DNA from: Takakia lepidozioides
Lineage: Eukaryota > Plantae > Bryophyta
Direction of reading: 5' to 3'
NCBI GenBank assembly: GCA_030704615.1
Contig: CM060731.1
Coordinates: 19,468,001-19,532,000, forward strand
Length of the DNA stretch: 64,000 nucleotides
In this document: piece after piece, positions 1 to 13,661 of the stretch
How positions within the stretch are numbered: the stretch's first letter is position 1
How the letters are laid out: each line of letters starts with the position of its first letter
Notes under the pieces: model-generated
Database searches by the model: none
What the model was told of the DNA's origin: nothing
Seen by the model: the letters and a program-made list of their open reading frames with translations, nothing else
Position numbers and translations under genes: made by a program

Positions 1-213
1 TTATACCGCCAGAGCTGAATGTAGCCATTGCTGGATTAGATCTGGTAGCTAATGTGAGCTGTAAGTTTACTCCCTCGAAATAGGGTAGAATGTGGTGGGG
101 ACTTCCTTGTATAGTATTGCAGCATACCTCTTGTCCTGGTAGGGAGCTGCAAGATGGATTTCAGAAACTGTCAGATCTGATTGATGTCTGTCGCCGACTA
201 TTTGGACTCGCAG

Positions 214-3200
214 GAAAAGGGAAGTGAACAAGAAGGTCCTCAAGGTGCCTGAGATTGAAGTCAAAGTATGCCATTTTTCACCTTTGAATTTATAATCTCC
301 ATCAATGTATGTCACCAGAGCTTCATTGGAACTCAGATTTCTGAGTGGATCATGTTACTTAGAAAGGACACAAGTGTCAAAATCTCACCAACATGAAGGG
401 AAATTTTATGAGGTGTTACAGACTTCCAGTCCTCTTAGTCCTACATTGGAAAGATGTACTTTTCTCTCTGCATATGATGGAGCTTCTTACCATTTCTCAA
501 GCAGCGTCTTGTGCTGCTCATAGTACTTGAAAGTGTGTTGTACAACTGAGCAATTGGCTGGAGAAAAAAGGAGCTGAAGATGGATTAAGGCGCTTTGGGC
601 AGATTCCTATTAGAGAGTCTGTACCTCTCTGATGAATGTTGTGCAGGGGTAGTAGGGTTGTTTTGTAGGGAGAAGAACAAGGATCAATTGACAACTGATA
701 TACTCTTAGCCTTTTGTTTTCAGGTACTTGAGGCAACCAGCAATGAGCCCTGGGGTCCCCACGGAACGATCATGAGTGACATTGCACAAGCGACTCGAAA
801 TTTTGTGAGGAATCAACCACCCCGATCACTGCAATTACTAGTATGACATATTTGGAGGAAGCTGTTACTGCATTGTTGCCGTTGGGATATTGCAGTAAGC
901 AGCATAGCTTTGATTGGCATGTTGCCCATTTCAGTATGACTGTTTTGTGCAGCACTGAATACCAGATGATAATGGGGGTCCTGTGGAAGCGCCTGACTGA
1001 TACCGGGAGGAACTGGCGGCATGTGTACAAGGTTAGTAGATTGGTCAGGCCCTCGTTCATGGAGGTGCTGCTGTAGCATGCCGTATAATTTTCCAGAAAT
1101 TTTACCATCAGTGTCTTCAGGAGCATTTTGGGAATCTGTTCATAGAAGGTGCATGATAACGTCATGTAAACATGAATGGGCGAGTCAAAGAGCTTATAGT
1201 GGTCTGTAAACCTGGCTGCCAGTCATTGACAGTTTTGGAATTTTTGGTCGCCAATGGTGCTGAAATAATCATCGACGAACTTCGGGAGCATACATACCAG
1301 ATTCAGGTGACTTCCGTTGTTTTCTGTATGCTGCACTTATTGCTATTATATTTGTCTTTCTCGCGTTCCGTTTTCTTTGGAGCAGTGAGGGATTTCTAGA
1401 GGATAGCTGGAAAACTCGGATCATTACTGTTCCAAGGTAAGTCTTTCTACCGGTGTCAGCCCCTGACAAAGGTAGTTTCTGTCCGTTTGGGGGCGGGGTC
1501 AGGGCCACAGCTACAGCAAATAACGTCTTATGAGTACATTCTTTAGAGCAGTGAAGCATCCTTAAAGGACGATGAGCAGTATAAAGATTTACACGAAATA
1601 AGAGTTGATCTATCTTGATATTGGGCCATTTTGTCTATTCTTATGCTCTTCCCATCCATATGCAGTGGATACTGACGGTGAGTCCTCTGTTTCTTTCAGA
1701 CCTTGGTGGATTTCCAATATCTCGAGCCAAGTGGCAAGGATCAGGGTATCAACGTGCGTAAGAAGGCACAGACCTTTGTTGCTAATCAATGACAAGGATA
1801 GAATTCGTGAAGTAAGGCAAAAAGCAGCTGCCAACAGCGACAAGTAAGTAATTTCAAACTAGGTCTAGGTAGACTGTAGATTGTGTAGACAGGATTTCCT
1901 CAGAATTAGCATGTTTGCATATCCTTACCGGCCATGGGCTTTCCTGCATTCATCTGATATTTATGATGTGAATCTATGCATCTTTGACAACAAAGTGTGA
2001 AATTGCAGTCTGATGTCTAGAAGCATTGCCGCACTAGGCAGTTCGACACCCGGTCCAGGTCCATACTCCCAAATGAGTTAAAAGAGAATCCCCCCTCAAT
2101 TGGAGAGTGGATGCTGGAAAGCCTCAGAAACCCTCAGAATGATTGTGCTTCTTCCCCATTGAACCATGTGTTCTAGCAGTGGTTAATTATGGGTAAGTGG
2201 ATAATGAATTGTCATACCAAGATTGCGTAAATTGGCCAGTTGGATTTGAAATTGTACATGTCTGATGGCACTTGGCAATGATACATGCTACTCTCACCAG
2301 CCAGATCAAATGTTCTTTAGGCAGTGCTAGTAAGAGTCTCGTCTCTTTGTGCAGGTATCGTGGTGTGTCAAGCTCAGGATTCTTTCAGACCTAGTTCATA
2401 TTCAAGTACTACTGGAGGATACAGCGACAGGGAGGATGATCGTTATGGTGGGAATTCCAGCCGTGGTGGAGGAAGAGAGGCTTTTGACAGCTATGGTGGA
2501 TCTCTGAGCGGGGATCGATACAGGGATGATGACCACTCTGGAAGAGATAGGGAGCGCTACAAAGATGATGCATATGGTGGTGATCGAGAGCGTGTTGATG
2601 ATGGCTACAGCTCGAAGGGTGTAGATCCCCTAAATGACAAGTATGAGGGTGGGTTGTCAATTGACCGAGACCGGGGCTACGATGATGATGATCGCTACTC
2701 CTCCAGGTGCCTTTATCTGTGTTGTCATGGGGTTCAGTTTGGCACCAATGCTCCTTGGTTGGTCAAAGTGCAAACGCAGTCAACACTATCATGTATAGCA
2801 GCGGCATGAAGGGATGTATCCACATAGAAATTGACTCACAAGATAGTGCAGTGGCTGTCTCTGCCGCTGTAATGTTCTCCCGTGGGTGAACACTGGCTGA
2901 ATAACAAATCATAAGCTTATGGCCATGAGGTAGAGGCTAAAAAAATAAAAGGATGGCAAAACTTTCTTTACAGTGAAGTACCTCAGGGTTGGTGTTGTGC
3001 AAGCTGCAACTTTAGGGATTTGCATTCCTCAACCAGTTGAGAAAACTGTCAGATAGGCTCTTGTATGTGTGGCTGTATGTATGACATTACAACATGTGTT
3101 CAATGCAATGGTCTTTATAATCTCAGCTGATAATTCCTGGCTGGTTGCAGGCAAGGCAAAGCAAGAGTTGCTCCTCCGAGCTATGATGATGCCTTTTTAA

Positions 3201-6200
3201 CCAATGATCAGGAGGATGAGAGGTAGGAATGAAACTCATTATACTTGAATGCGAAGCACCATCCTACATCTTTAACATGCTTAGATTTGCAGAGGTGTTT
3301 GTAGGTCTAACTGGACCACTCATGATTGCAGGCCAAATGGGGTCTTGAGTAGACAGTTCTTCCAAGCCTTGTCTTGACACCTCGTAAGGCATTGACTGAC
3401 AAATCGTTATAATTCATGACTGAACTTCGAGCTATTGGATAAGTTTAGTATCATTGGCAAGCTCCTGTCAGCTGCATCTTTAAGCCATAATCGCACAGGT
3501 TCTGACTATGATTTCCCGAAAATGGAAGTGTTTTTGTCCTAGAACTTGAAATGTGATACAAACCAAATATTGCTGAAATGAGGTAGATTGTCATGACATC
3601 CACCAATTTTGGCAGAAGCTCAAATGAAAGGCTATATGCCAGACATTAGATCCAAAATAAGCTGCTAGATTTGAAATTTGCTGTTTTTCCAGGTTTTTTT
3701 TCTGGATATTGCCAACTTGAAGGTTCTCAAGCCTAGCTGGGTTCTTGCAAATGGTGCTCTCATCATGTCTCTAGCTCCTTTATGGTGTGCATTGTTGGTT
3801 TAAAGATCTTCATGGACAGTAATTGATCAAACATGTGCATGCACAATGGTCAGATTGTACTCATAAGACGTTGTTTGCCGTAGCCTTGTGGCCATCCCCG
3901 CACAATGGTCAGAGAGCAAGAGCTAGTGTAGTATTACACACCATCAAACTGGTTTGCTAAAAGCTGAAATATTTTTGAGGGTGATTTGTGGGGATATTAG
4001 TAGCCGAGGTGTGGCGGCTGCAGTTGCAAGAGCTCAGAGTAGCCAATCACAGGGTGCTGTAAACCCTGCTCAAAGTGTGCCTAGCAAATTTGGTGGGGGA
4101 GGTTCCTATTTCACAAGCCAGGTGGCAGATGACTTTGATGATTTTGATCCTAGGGGCAATTCTGGTGTAGCTGGTAAGTGGTTAATCACACTTGAGAGGG
4201 AGAGTTTCATTGTGCACTTCCACAACTGAATTTATGCGTCTCTTCAGAGGGCTTTATCTGTACTTAAGAAATCAACAGATGTATTTGTTGACCCTCATGG
4301 AGGGGTGTTGTTACAGATTAGGTATGTTCATTCTAGTATTCATTATTCTATACACCAAATGGTAGATTGCTGTAAATCTGCATTACCCCTGGGTCTCCAT
4401 GAGGTTGTTGGTTAGGAAGCCAAGCCTTCAACACTGAAATGCTATTGCTGTGCTGGGCATGACTGTAGCACCTCCTGCAAGTCAACCACAGGAGGACTTT
4501 TTTGGGCAAACTGCCCCCGCAGCGACTTATTCTTTGGGGGTGACTCCCACTCTTGCACCCACTGCTCCAGCAAAGAGCACAAGTGGGATTGAGGACTTGT
4601 TTGGGGATGTTAGCTTTCAAGCAGCTTTTCCAGCTTCTTCTGCACCGGTATCCAAGCAAATCACCCAGGTAGCAACTAAGTAGTTCTAATGCTATAAATG
4701 GCATGGATTGCCAACTTGGATCTTGCTGCTCTATTATCTATGTTCCGTTCTCTGGGGCTTCAGCTTTATTCATCCACTCTGTTTACAGGCATATCAGGCT
4801 TAAGACCCTGCTCCCTGAAATAAATCTCCATTGAATCTGTTTCCTTTGTCATCTATTGCTGATACAGGGACCAAGGGAGGACCTGTTTGGGGCGCCTGCA
4901 TTCCAAGTGGTCCCATCCTCTTCTCCACATGTGTTAAGTGCCCCAGTGGCAGCAAACCTCTTTCCACAACCACCATCATCTTCACCAGACATGGTCAGTG
5001 CACAGCCACCAGGAAACCTCTTTCAGCAGGACCCTACACCTCCCAGCAGTGGAGCCGGAGATGCCTTCCAACTATTTGGACTGGGGAACTCCACTCATAA
5101 TGTAGGAGAAAGCTCTACCGGAGGAAACATATTTGCTACTCCAACCTCTTTTGCTGCGTTTGATTCTGCACCAAGTAATGCAACAACAGGTAGCATTGGA
5201 GACTTTTTCCAGGGCACTACCTCTTTACAGGGGCAAGCTCTGAGCAATCAGCCTTTCAGCAGTAATCTGTCTTTGAATAATAGGCAACCTTTCGGTAACC
5301 AGTCTTTGAGCAGCAACCCACCTGCACTGGGGACCTCACAGGTTCAATCTAGCAGCAATGGTGAAGCTGTCCAGCCACAACAGCAACCAAAGAAGGCATT
5401 TGCACCACCAAAGTCTGCCTTGTGGGCTGACACTCTCAGCACTGGCTTGGTTGACCTCAATATTGCTGGACGTACGTACTTCTTGATCTTGTTTGTCTTT
5501 GGGAAAAGTGCACATGTTTGCTTGGGATCTTCTCCACCTGGGGTTTGTGGTTGGAAGTTGCATTGCTAACAAAAGCTATGCCTTCGGCATGCGTTTCACA
5601 TGAATGTGCACGATCCACAGTATGTGGATGGACAAGCCAGGGATTAGTCTCTCATTTGCAATCTACATTCCTGATATTGTATAGCAAGGTAACGTATGGA
5701 CAGAGATGCTTGGAGTGGGGTCTTCTTGACTTCCAACGCGACCAGTAGCATGTCTTATTCAGCATTTAAAGCCAAGTCATACTGATATGACAACAGTTAG
5801 TTTGAGGCGACTCTGACACGTTTTCTGTCAAAAATAGACATTGACATCAACCTACCACTTCACCAAGCCAGACTGCTTCTTTCACAAACCTCTGTGATCA
5901 ACACTCAGCATGTCTTATTCAGCATTTAAAGCCAAGTCATACTGATATGACAACAGTTAGTTTGAGGCGACTCTGACACGTTTTCTGTCAAAAATAGACA
6001 TTGACATCAACCTAGGCACTTCACCAAGCCAGACTGCTTCTTTCACAAACCTCTGTGATCAACACTCAGCTACCAACGTGATACTAAGTGGAAAGTGGGT
6101 AAATATTGTGCTCAGTGGACCCTGATTCTGGGTACTTTCCGTGATGTTCTTCTCATTGGTTCTTCGTAAGGATGTGGTCAGGGTTACAGTGGTGGGGATT

Positions 6201-7074
6201 TGGTTGGCAATCCCACGCCAGAGATTCATTGGTGGTGAACGATAGACAACAGAACGTAGTTTAAAATAGTTCCTCAGTTGGGCTTCAGTGCTTTGTACTT
6301 TAAAGTAGGGTTCTCGTATATTCTTCCAATACGTGTGAGAGTCTGCTCCTCTTGCCAGACACACTCGTTTATGATGACACTAATGTTGGTTTTATCCTCT
6401 GGTGAGGAGATGACCAAGTAACTCTAGTGGATTGTTCTTGTCTCTTCCTTTACCATCAATGTTCCAGAAATGTCCAAAGTTGTAGGAAAGAGTTTTGGAA
6501 TGCTTCAACATGAGTTACACTTGCTTTGCTGATGCATGGGCTGCCACAATGATTCTTACCCCTTGTTAGCTAGAGTTGTATGGTAAGCAGCAGGGCAGAG
6601 AGAAGACGTCTTGCATGGAAATTGTCAGTTCCTGTTCCGTTTCTTAGAGATGGGGTGCTGATCATTGTGCTTGACCGTGATGTGGCAGCCAAAGTCAATC
6701 CATTGGCAGATTTGGGCATTCAGCTCACAGATGCGACTTTACGCAACGAACTTTGGGGTGTTGTGGAAAGTAAGAACAAGAATGAAAAGAGATCATCTCT
6801 AAGTACATCATCCATGGGTGCGGCAATGGGCTCGGGATCAGGTCTTGGCAGGGCTGCTGCAAGCACCTTGCCTCCTCCGCTGCCACCACCCACTCTAATG
6901 AATGTTGGGAGGATGAGCATGGCACCAGGGATGGGCATGAATCCGGGAATGGGCATGGCTCCAGGTATGGGCATGAATCCTGGCATGGGGATGGGGATGG
7001 GCCAGGGGATGGGTATGGCCCCTAATATGGGGATGGGAAGTTATTCCAACCAGCAATACAGTGGCTATAGGTAG
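214..7074 (+). CDS. Epsin/ENTH-domain clathrin interactor (EPSIN2/3-like), multi-exon; first exon lies upstream of the window
   Basis: GT-AG exons at ~214-265 ([17 protein letters not shown]), 724-804 ([14 protein letters not shown]), 953-1031 ([16 protein letters not shown]), 1223-1306, 1700-1843, 2355-2706, 3151-3222 (APPSYDDA), 4001-4173 ([10 protein letters not shown]), ~4430-4668, 4868-5471 ([18 protein letters not shown]) and 6689-7074 ([11 protein letters not shown], Met/Gly-rich tail, TAG). Small indels near 803, 1775 and 2380 break the frame and are probably assembly errors. Confidence 0.92.
5747..6067. repeat. Direct tandem duplication of a 160-bp unit in the last epsin intron
   Basis: 5747-5906 and 5907-6067 are identical except acctaccactt vs acctaggcactt. 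Confidence 0.95.
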
Positions 7075-8239
7075 TCGCGTGTGGGAACTGCACAATAGCA
7101 CCATTCATTTGCCATGAATTGGAGCACTGCATATCAGCTCTGGTGTAATCCTAGATACAGCCAGTAGGACGATTCTCACATTGTGCTTATTCTACGAGTG
7201 TTACATACATTCGCTGTAGTAGTACTGCAGCTCAGGATTTGTGTAGGCCATTAGGATTTTTGACGAGAAGGCACTGTCTCGTCTTCCTTTGAGCCCACTG
7301 TTCAGGTTTCTACATCTTTGCTTAAGATTGTGACTACTCTAATAAAGGTAGAGTACTCTCGCGTTAGGGTTTGTTTCTTGCATAAAGCTGACAGGTGTGG
7401 CATTTGTAGTTTGTGCTCTGTTTTCCCTACATACCTTCAAATCCACCGTGCAAACTTCAGAAATTTGTGGCTGATGTCTGCAAGCACCTCTCTTTGGTGA
7501 ATGGGACCTCTGGGACTACTCTAGATGAAATAAATAAATAAATTTATTTCTTCTTCCTTCCTTTCTCTCCTGCCCAACATACTGTGAGCTCTGGCTAGAT
7601 ACTACTTCCCCCTATGGGGCTTCAGCTTGGAGTACCAAAAGTGCTTGGCATCTTACCTGCATGATGTACTTCGCCTTCTGGCAATGATTGCTATCTTATG
7701 ATGTGATCTTCTTGTCGCTTTACTTTCCCCAATTGACATCAGGGTGCCTTGTGGATGTTATAAAGTTCATTTTTTCTTTTGTTCCTTCATTGTCTCTCTT
7801 TCGCAAATTTGAGGGCAGTACTTTATCTTAAGAGAGTGTCCATCATAAAGCACCATTATAAAGCACCACTTCATTACATTTCATCATCCTTGACTGAAAT
7901 TTTTCATCATGAAGATCAGAAGCCAGTAGCCCTCCCGCTTGGGGATGAGTAGGACAGAGTACCTAGTCTGGTTATTCTCGTCTATTTGACTATGGTAGTA
8001 GTGGTTTGGTTCTTCAGGACTTCTACAGTGTTGTTCTCACACTTTTGGTCCATACTAGCATTCCATAGACACTAAATTTGATTAAGGTATACAACAGTGT
8101 TTTCCTGGCATTCAGGTCAAGGTTTGGTAGGAGCAATGTTATAAAAAACCATGTGGGTCTGACAGTTGCTTTTGCATGGGGATTGGTATGGTATGGCATG
8201 AAAATAAAAAATAACCTGCGTGAGCAGAATCCACAGTTA

Positions 8240-8614
8240 GAGCATGCCCAGCAGGCGCTCTACCTGGCGCGCTATCATCAAAATAGCGCGGCCGCCGCTG
8301 TCGGCCCCAGCAGCACTTTCACACGCTTCAAAATGGTGAGCCTCACCAAGTTTCGCCCCAACTCGCGCACTATCTACACGAGTTTTGGTGTGTGGCATTC
8401 TTCCCCGCTAGCTACCACTTAGCCTCAAATATAATGACCTGTGGCGGGCAGGTGGCGGGGCTCACTCTCACCTCAGCCTGGCGCCATTACTCCTCGATGG
8501 GTTGCTGCTGGGGCTCTTGCCAACCCACGCGCCATCTAGCTTGCGGGCCTCACCATCCGCCTACTTAACATAGTGATGGCGAGGGAGTTTAGTGAGCCTC
8601 TGCTGGGCATGCTC
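8240..8614. mobile_element. PIF/Harbinger (Tourist-like) MITE, 375 bp
   Basis: Perfect 15-bp TIR GAGCATGCCCAGCAG...CTGCTGGGCATGCTC with TTA TSD at 8237-8239 and 8615-8617. Confidence 0.9.
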
Positions 8615-9774
8615 TTAGGGGGGAGATATGTTTGCAGACGGAAATGGAAGTCATGCGCAGACATGGAATATTGCTACGTTAATAGGGTCAGTTACATGGT
8701 CTATCAGTATATTTACTATTTGCCAAATAAAATAAAATAAAATAAAATAAAAATATAGTGGTTAGGTCGGAGTTCCTAGCCTCAACTAAAATTTAGTACT
8801 CATAACAGCTTGATGTTTGATAACCAAATTTTTAAATTATGCATTACCTTGATGGTATCTCAAGCTCGTTTCTCTCATATACTTACACCAGACTGGTGTA
8901 AGTAATTGTCAATACCAACCATACATCACCTACACCACAGTAGCAAATGCAAGAATATCAGTGTCATATCCTGCAACAGCTCTGGCACTACGGGTTCTCA
9001 ATCTGAGTCATAGAATTTTGCAAATATCTTAGTTTTTAGTTTAGCCCTTCCAACCCAACTGGTATGCCTGGTGACCATTTCAAAAGATATGTGAGAAGAC
9101 AGGTGAGGGTCCTTCCTGCAGATTTTTGCATCAAGCTCCCACCCTTAGTCCAGGATTCTCTTACACAATACTAGCAATTGATTCATATGTGCAGTTCTAA
9201 GGAAGTCCCGCATCGTGATCAACTGTGACTCTAGAGAAATTCCCAAAAGCACAAGGTCAATCACGGAATTAATGGCTGTCATGTAGCTGAAGGCTACTGG
9301 CCAAGAACAAATCCATTCACAAGTTTAGCAGAGCCCCTGCCACCTATCGTATGGCCTGCAGGCATTACAGGTTAATCCGCGATTTCATGGTTGATAGCAG
9401 CAAGGGGTCAACCACAGGCACCCGTTGGAGCTTACCACTACTCCACCATCGTATGAAGTTACCCACTTGTACAACTTCCAAAAATCCATCATAAAGTGGA
9501 AAAACCTATTTGCCATGGTGCAAATGCATGTCACTTCGGACACCTCAACAAAACATTGTCTAATGAATGTACCTTTCCAAACAAGCAATGGGGTATCCCT
9601 ACGAGAATCCCTCATTTCATGCATGCAATGCCTTTCCCCTAGGGCACTGCCAATAACAAAGCACTCACTGAAGGATGGATATGGTAGACTCCTAACAAAC
9701 AGAAAGTTGGGGCCTCATAGATCAAATCCTCACACATCTGAATAGAAATGGAGGTATAATAGTACATAACATAC

Positions 9775-10052
9775 TTTGTTGACAGAGTGTAATCATCCAT
9801 GTCATCAAGGTTGTCGCTAAGAAGGAGTGATTCTTCTCAAGCTGCATGCTGTAAATAAGCCCAGCCACAGGGTTGCCTGCTGTCTTCTCCTCTTTCACCA
9901 TGCATGCCAGGTCTTTCCAATCCATGCCACTTGCCAGTGCTGTACGCACCACCATGATTGCAGCATCCACATCATCACAGATTTTATTCTATTCACTCTG
10001 CCATGCAAACTGACTGGTCAACTAATTGTTTGAGTGCCTCCACCCGGTTTGT
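9775..10052 (-). pseudogene. Isolated degenerate exon of NEMF/Rqc2 (ribosome quality control)
   Basis: Translates to NRVEALKQLVDQSVCMAE*IE*NL..DVDAAIMVVRTALASGMDWKDLACMVKEEKTAGNPVAGLI, matching the NEMF coiled-coil region. It has stops and indels and is flanked by cag| and |gtatg. Confidence 0.8.
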
Positions 10053-11006
10053 CTGCACCACCATCATTCCAGTATGATTCCACCATAGAGTCAGAGCCTA
10101 TCTTTTTACACCCTTTCCCCCTCTCTTCGTAACACACTCCCTAACCATTTCCAAAAGATAATTGCTAATTAATAGTAATGGAACTAAAAGCTGCAACCTT
10201 GAAAAAAAACTGAGTCTTTGACGTCACAAACATGTATTGTGCATACCAAGACGAGCTTGTCAGGCTGAAGATACGAGTCATTGCAATTTCAAAACTATCA
10301 AGAGCCTTTGTACATCTTCTTCCCGAGTAAGTCCTGCAATCATCACAATCCATGAGATCACATTCCTCTTAGACCTTAGGGAGACCACAGTACTTCAACA
10401 CTTGTCATAACTCAACATCCTTGGAGCTGATTTGGAAGATCATCATACCCTCTCACCATCAGCTTTGTCACCTGCTTTTAGAGGGGTAGTCATTGTTTAC
10501 GGTTTTAGATAGGATGGGATGGGATGATTTGCATAGTTCACCGGGACTGCTGGTAGGACTGGTCGACAGCTCTCCAAACTCTAAATTCAGGGAGCAACCG
10601 CTTCACTGAGTGTCTAAAAACAACAGGCCACTCCCAAGCGGGGATGTGGCACCTTTACCCACTGCTTTTTAATAGGCCCATAATGTGTCACCATGCAAAC
10701 TTTGCATGCATAATTCACTTCTATCCGTCTGCTTTAAATATGGGAGGAAAAGCGGTAAGCACGCATGCTATCTGGGCTTCCAAATGACCCAAGTGGTCGG
10801 CTGGCCCTACAGATCCCCTGTGTGAGCTAGTTGGTAATGCCACAGTGGCGAGTGTAGACCAGGGGAACCAGTGCAAACAAGGAAGTTTTAAGATCTTCTA
10901 ACAAGAAGCACCTGTAATAGAAGCCAAGCTATGCCAGTAAGTTGCCCTAACCTTCCTTTCACCACGTAATGTTCCGAGCTTGAACCCCACATACCAGGCC
11001 CTCTCC

Positions 11007-12689
11007 TCAGATACTCCAGAATTTCCCTTCCTTGTCCATTATCTGCATCAAATCCACCTCTTCTTGGCTGCGGAGGTACTGCTGCAGCTCATCATCCCTA
11101 ATGGCCATGCTGTCATGTACAGGGTGAAGGGCAAGGATTGAGTTGTAATATCCACCTTCAATCTCTTTGGCGTCCACCCTGCGCAAAAGAAGGTACTCGA
11201 TGACAAGATCCTCCCAATCAAGAGTGCTTTCTGAAATTTTCCCACTCCCTTCATACAGAGTGTCCTGTGACCTTTCACATGGGCATGAGACAGCCTCAAT
11301 CCGGTTTGTCAACAAGGACTGTGAGGACGAACTGGGATCGGTAAATTGTGCTACTTGACTCGTAAGTGCCTGCTTTATCTCTGCAATGCGTTGCATTGCA
11401 GCACTGATTTTAAGGCGGCGCTTTTTCCGCACCTCTTCGCTTCGAAGAAATGACTGTGGCAAGCCCACCCACATCGCCTGCTTTGAGTTCCATTCTCTTA
11501 CTGGCTGGGATTCTACACTGCTATCTGGAACTGATAATCTTGCCTGCTTTGCTGGTGGCAATCTAATTTGGAGGGGTATGGGGGAAAATACTGGGTCCAC
11601 ATTTCTTGCTTCAAACTCCTCTACTACAAGAACTCTCATGCCAGGGTTGGGAAGCTCTTGTTGGATGTTGTTTTTGGGGGAGGTGAGCGGATTAATCACT
11701 AGAGTTGAAGGGGAGGTGACATCCACAGCCTTCCGTTTCCTGTTGCGATTGTCCAGATATTGTAGGAGAAACGGCAAATGCCCCTGCAAAGTCTTCCGGG
11801 TGATATCCTTCCCCCATGGCAAGTCCTGCCCTACCCCAACAAGAGCTTCCTGCAGTTCTTTAAAGCGGGCCCTGCTAGTCCGAAGGTTGGTGTAGAGCCC
11901 GCGCACGACTTCAGCAAATGTTACCTTCACCTCATTGGCTTCCACCAGCAGGAAGAGTACGGCTGCAACTACAGGAAGGGTTCGACGACCGGTTGTAATG
12001 AACCACTCCCGCGCACACTTCAAGAGAAGGCTCCCCTGCTTAGAGAGCTTGCGTGCCATGTCCTTGCCCAGTTTCTTAATATCAGGCAGTGTGGAGACAG
12101 CACGATCTAAGAAAATGACAGGATCCGCTTCTGGCATACTCATCTCCAGACACTGGCATACACGGTGACACATGCGTGCCAGCTCTACAATATCACAGTC
12201 CACCGCTCCCGCGACTTCAACGAGAGTGAGAGGCAAGTGACTCTGCCGAATGGCAATATAAACGCATGCCCCTACCAGAATGTCAATCCACCGCCCCTCG
12301 CCCCACTCTCCCTCCATTGCGTTCTCCATCATGAACTTAACATTTTCCACGATCTCTGTTGGCACCCGCAGCACCGCTGTGATGCTCTGCATTCTGTTCA
12401 TGGCGTCCATCTTCTTGCTATCCTGGCGACTCCTGAGGTTGCACGAGATATGAGAAGCCAACCCACCACCGTGCAGAGAAAGGGCTCTTCCTGCAACCGA
12501 GCCCGTATCATCTCCGCCCACAAACGTACCTCCCCGCTCCATTACATGCCCCACTTGATGCTCCGCACCAAGCTCTGTCTCCATCTCATCAACCACACGC
12601 CCGCACGCATCGCACGCCATGATTCCATACACGGGATCCAGAATCACACTCCCCTCCCCACACTCTTGGCATACACCCGACGTGCCCAT
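11007..12689 (-). CDS. PTF2: Plant-specific TFIIB/BRF2-related protein (PTF2-like), intronless, 560 aa
   Basis: N-terminal Zn ribbon CQEC..CDACG, cyclin-fold repeats, WFITTGRRTLPVVAA motif and C-terminal LDWEDLVIEYLLL..EIEGGYY block. Confidence 0.85.
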   Translation of the reverse strand: MGTSGVCQECGEGSVILDPVYGIMACDACGRVVDEMETELGAEHQVGHVMERGGTFVGGDDTGSVAGRALSLHGGGLASHISCNLRSRQDSKKMDAMNRMQSITAVLRVPTEIVENVKFMMENAMEGEWGEGRWIDILVGACVYIAIRQSHLPLTLVEVAGAVDCDIVELARMCHRVCQCLEMSMPEADPVIFLDRAVSTLPDIKKLGKDMARKLSKQGSLLLKCAREWFITTGRRTLPVVAAVLFLLVEANEVKVTFAEVVRGLYTNLRTSRARFKELQEALVGVGQDLPWGKDITRKTLQGHLPFLLQYLDNRNRKRKAVDVTSPSTLVINPLTSPKNNIQQELPNPGMRVLVVEEFEARNVDPVFSPIPLQIRLPPAKQARLSVPDSSVESQPVREWNSKQAMWVGLPQSFLRSEEVRKKRRLKISAAMQRIAEIKQALTSQVAQFTDPSSSSQSLLTNRIEAVSCPCERSQDTLYEGSGKISESTLDWEDLVIEYLLLRRVDAKEIEGGYYNSILALHPVHDSMAIRDDELQQYLRSQEEVDLMQIMDKEGKFWSI

Positions 12690-13661
12690 TTCACCGCTGC
12701 TTCTTTCCTGCGCTTGTCTCTCTCGGCGCTCTCTCCTCCCCTACTTGCTTCAAGAGCGACACTCGTTGCTCATCTCCACAGTCTGACCTAGCCCTCGCTT
12801 AAACCCTTAACCCTAATTCGTCCAGTGAACCCGCTTTTGGCTCTCTTTTTTATTTCTTTCATTCAAACTACAACTCTAATAACTGTATTCGCGTGGAAGC
12901 ATTCAGGTCCTTTCCAGACTAGCGACCGGACAAAACACTCAAAAACAACGTTTGTCCACCGTTTCGGCCACTTCACAGATGCCATGTCATCAAAAGTTGC
13001 GGGAAGTTGCAGGAGGACAAGCTTCACAGCGTTTTCACACCAAGTAATGGACAAAAGGGGTTCACTGGACAAGATATCTTGTCAAACTGGCTTGTATTTT
13101 TTCAAGGTTTCTTGTGATCGAGAGTATCGTTAAGTAGCCATGGAGCCTTGGGGAAGTGATCTCCTTGGAACACTTGCTCTTCAGTTTTCCATGTTCATTA
13201 TTTTAGAGGCTACGTCGAGTAGACATTCTCTAATAATCAACAACCATCTCCAAACATATTGACCATGCTTCACAATTCGATATTGCAAGACAAAGAAATC
13301 AAAGAAATTTTCTCGATTCAAGCTTCACGCGGCTCTGGCAAAGGTACAGGGTGAAGAGAAAGAGGCTCTAAGAGAGCCGTCGACAGGCTTCCAGTGGAGA
13401 AGATTGGGGCCTGCTACTACCCTGGCCCCAAATTTGCTTTGCTTTGTTCGCTGAGGTGGCAAAATTGGAAATTGGAGCGATGACTCGGCACGTTGGAGAC
13501 ACTCCTCTTCAGTGGACGAAGCCAAGTCTGAAGTCTGAACGCGTGTAGCGGACAAAATCCGGTTTTTAACCAATCATCAGAGATGTAAATAATCTTACTT
13601 AGAGTTGATTCATCGCTGGGTCACAAAGAGCACGAGTGCAGAGAGGAAGAAAAAAACAGAG

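Noticed and set aside
6371-6535. Intronic C/D snoRNA (ATGATGA ... CTGA)
   Set aside because: No terminal stem or recognisable rRNA guide sequence.
6910-7040. [10 protein letters not shown] repeats as a novel repeat protein
   Set aside because: This is the normal Met/Gly-rich tail of plant epsin-related proteins.
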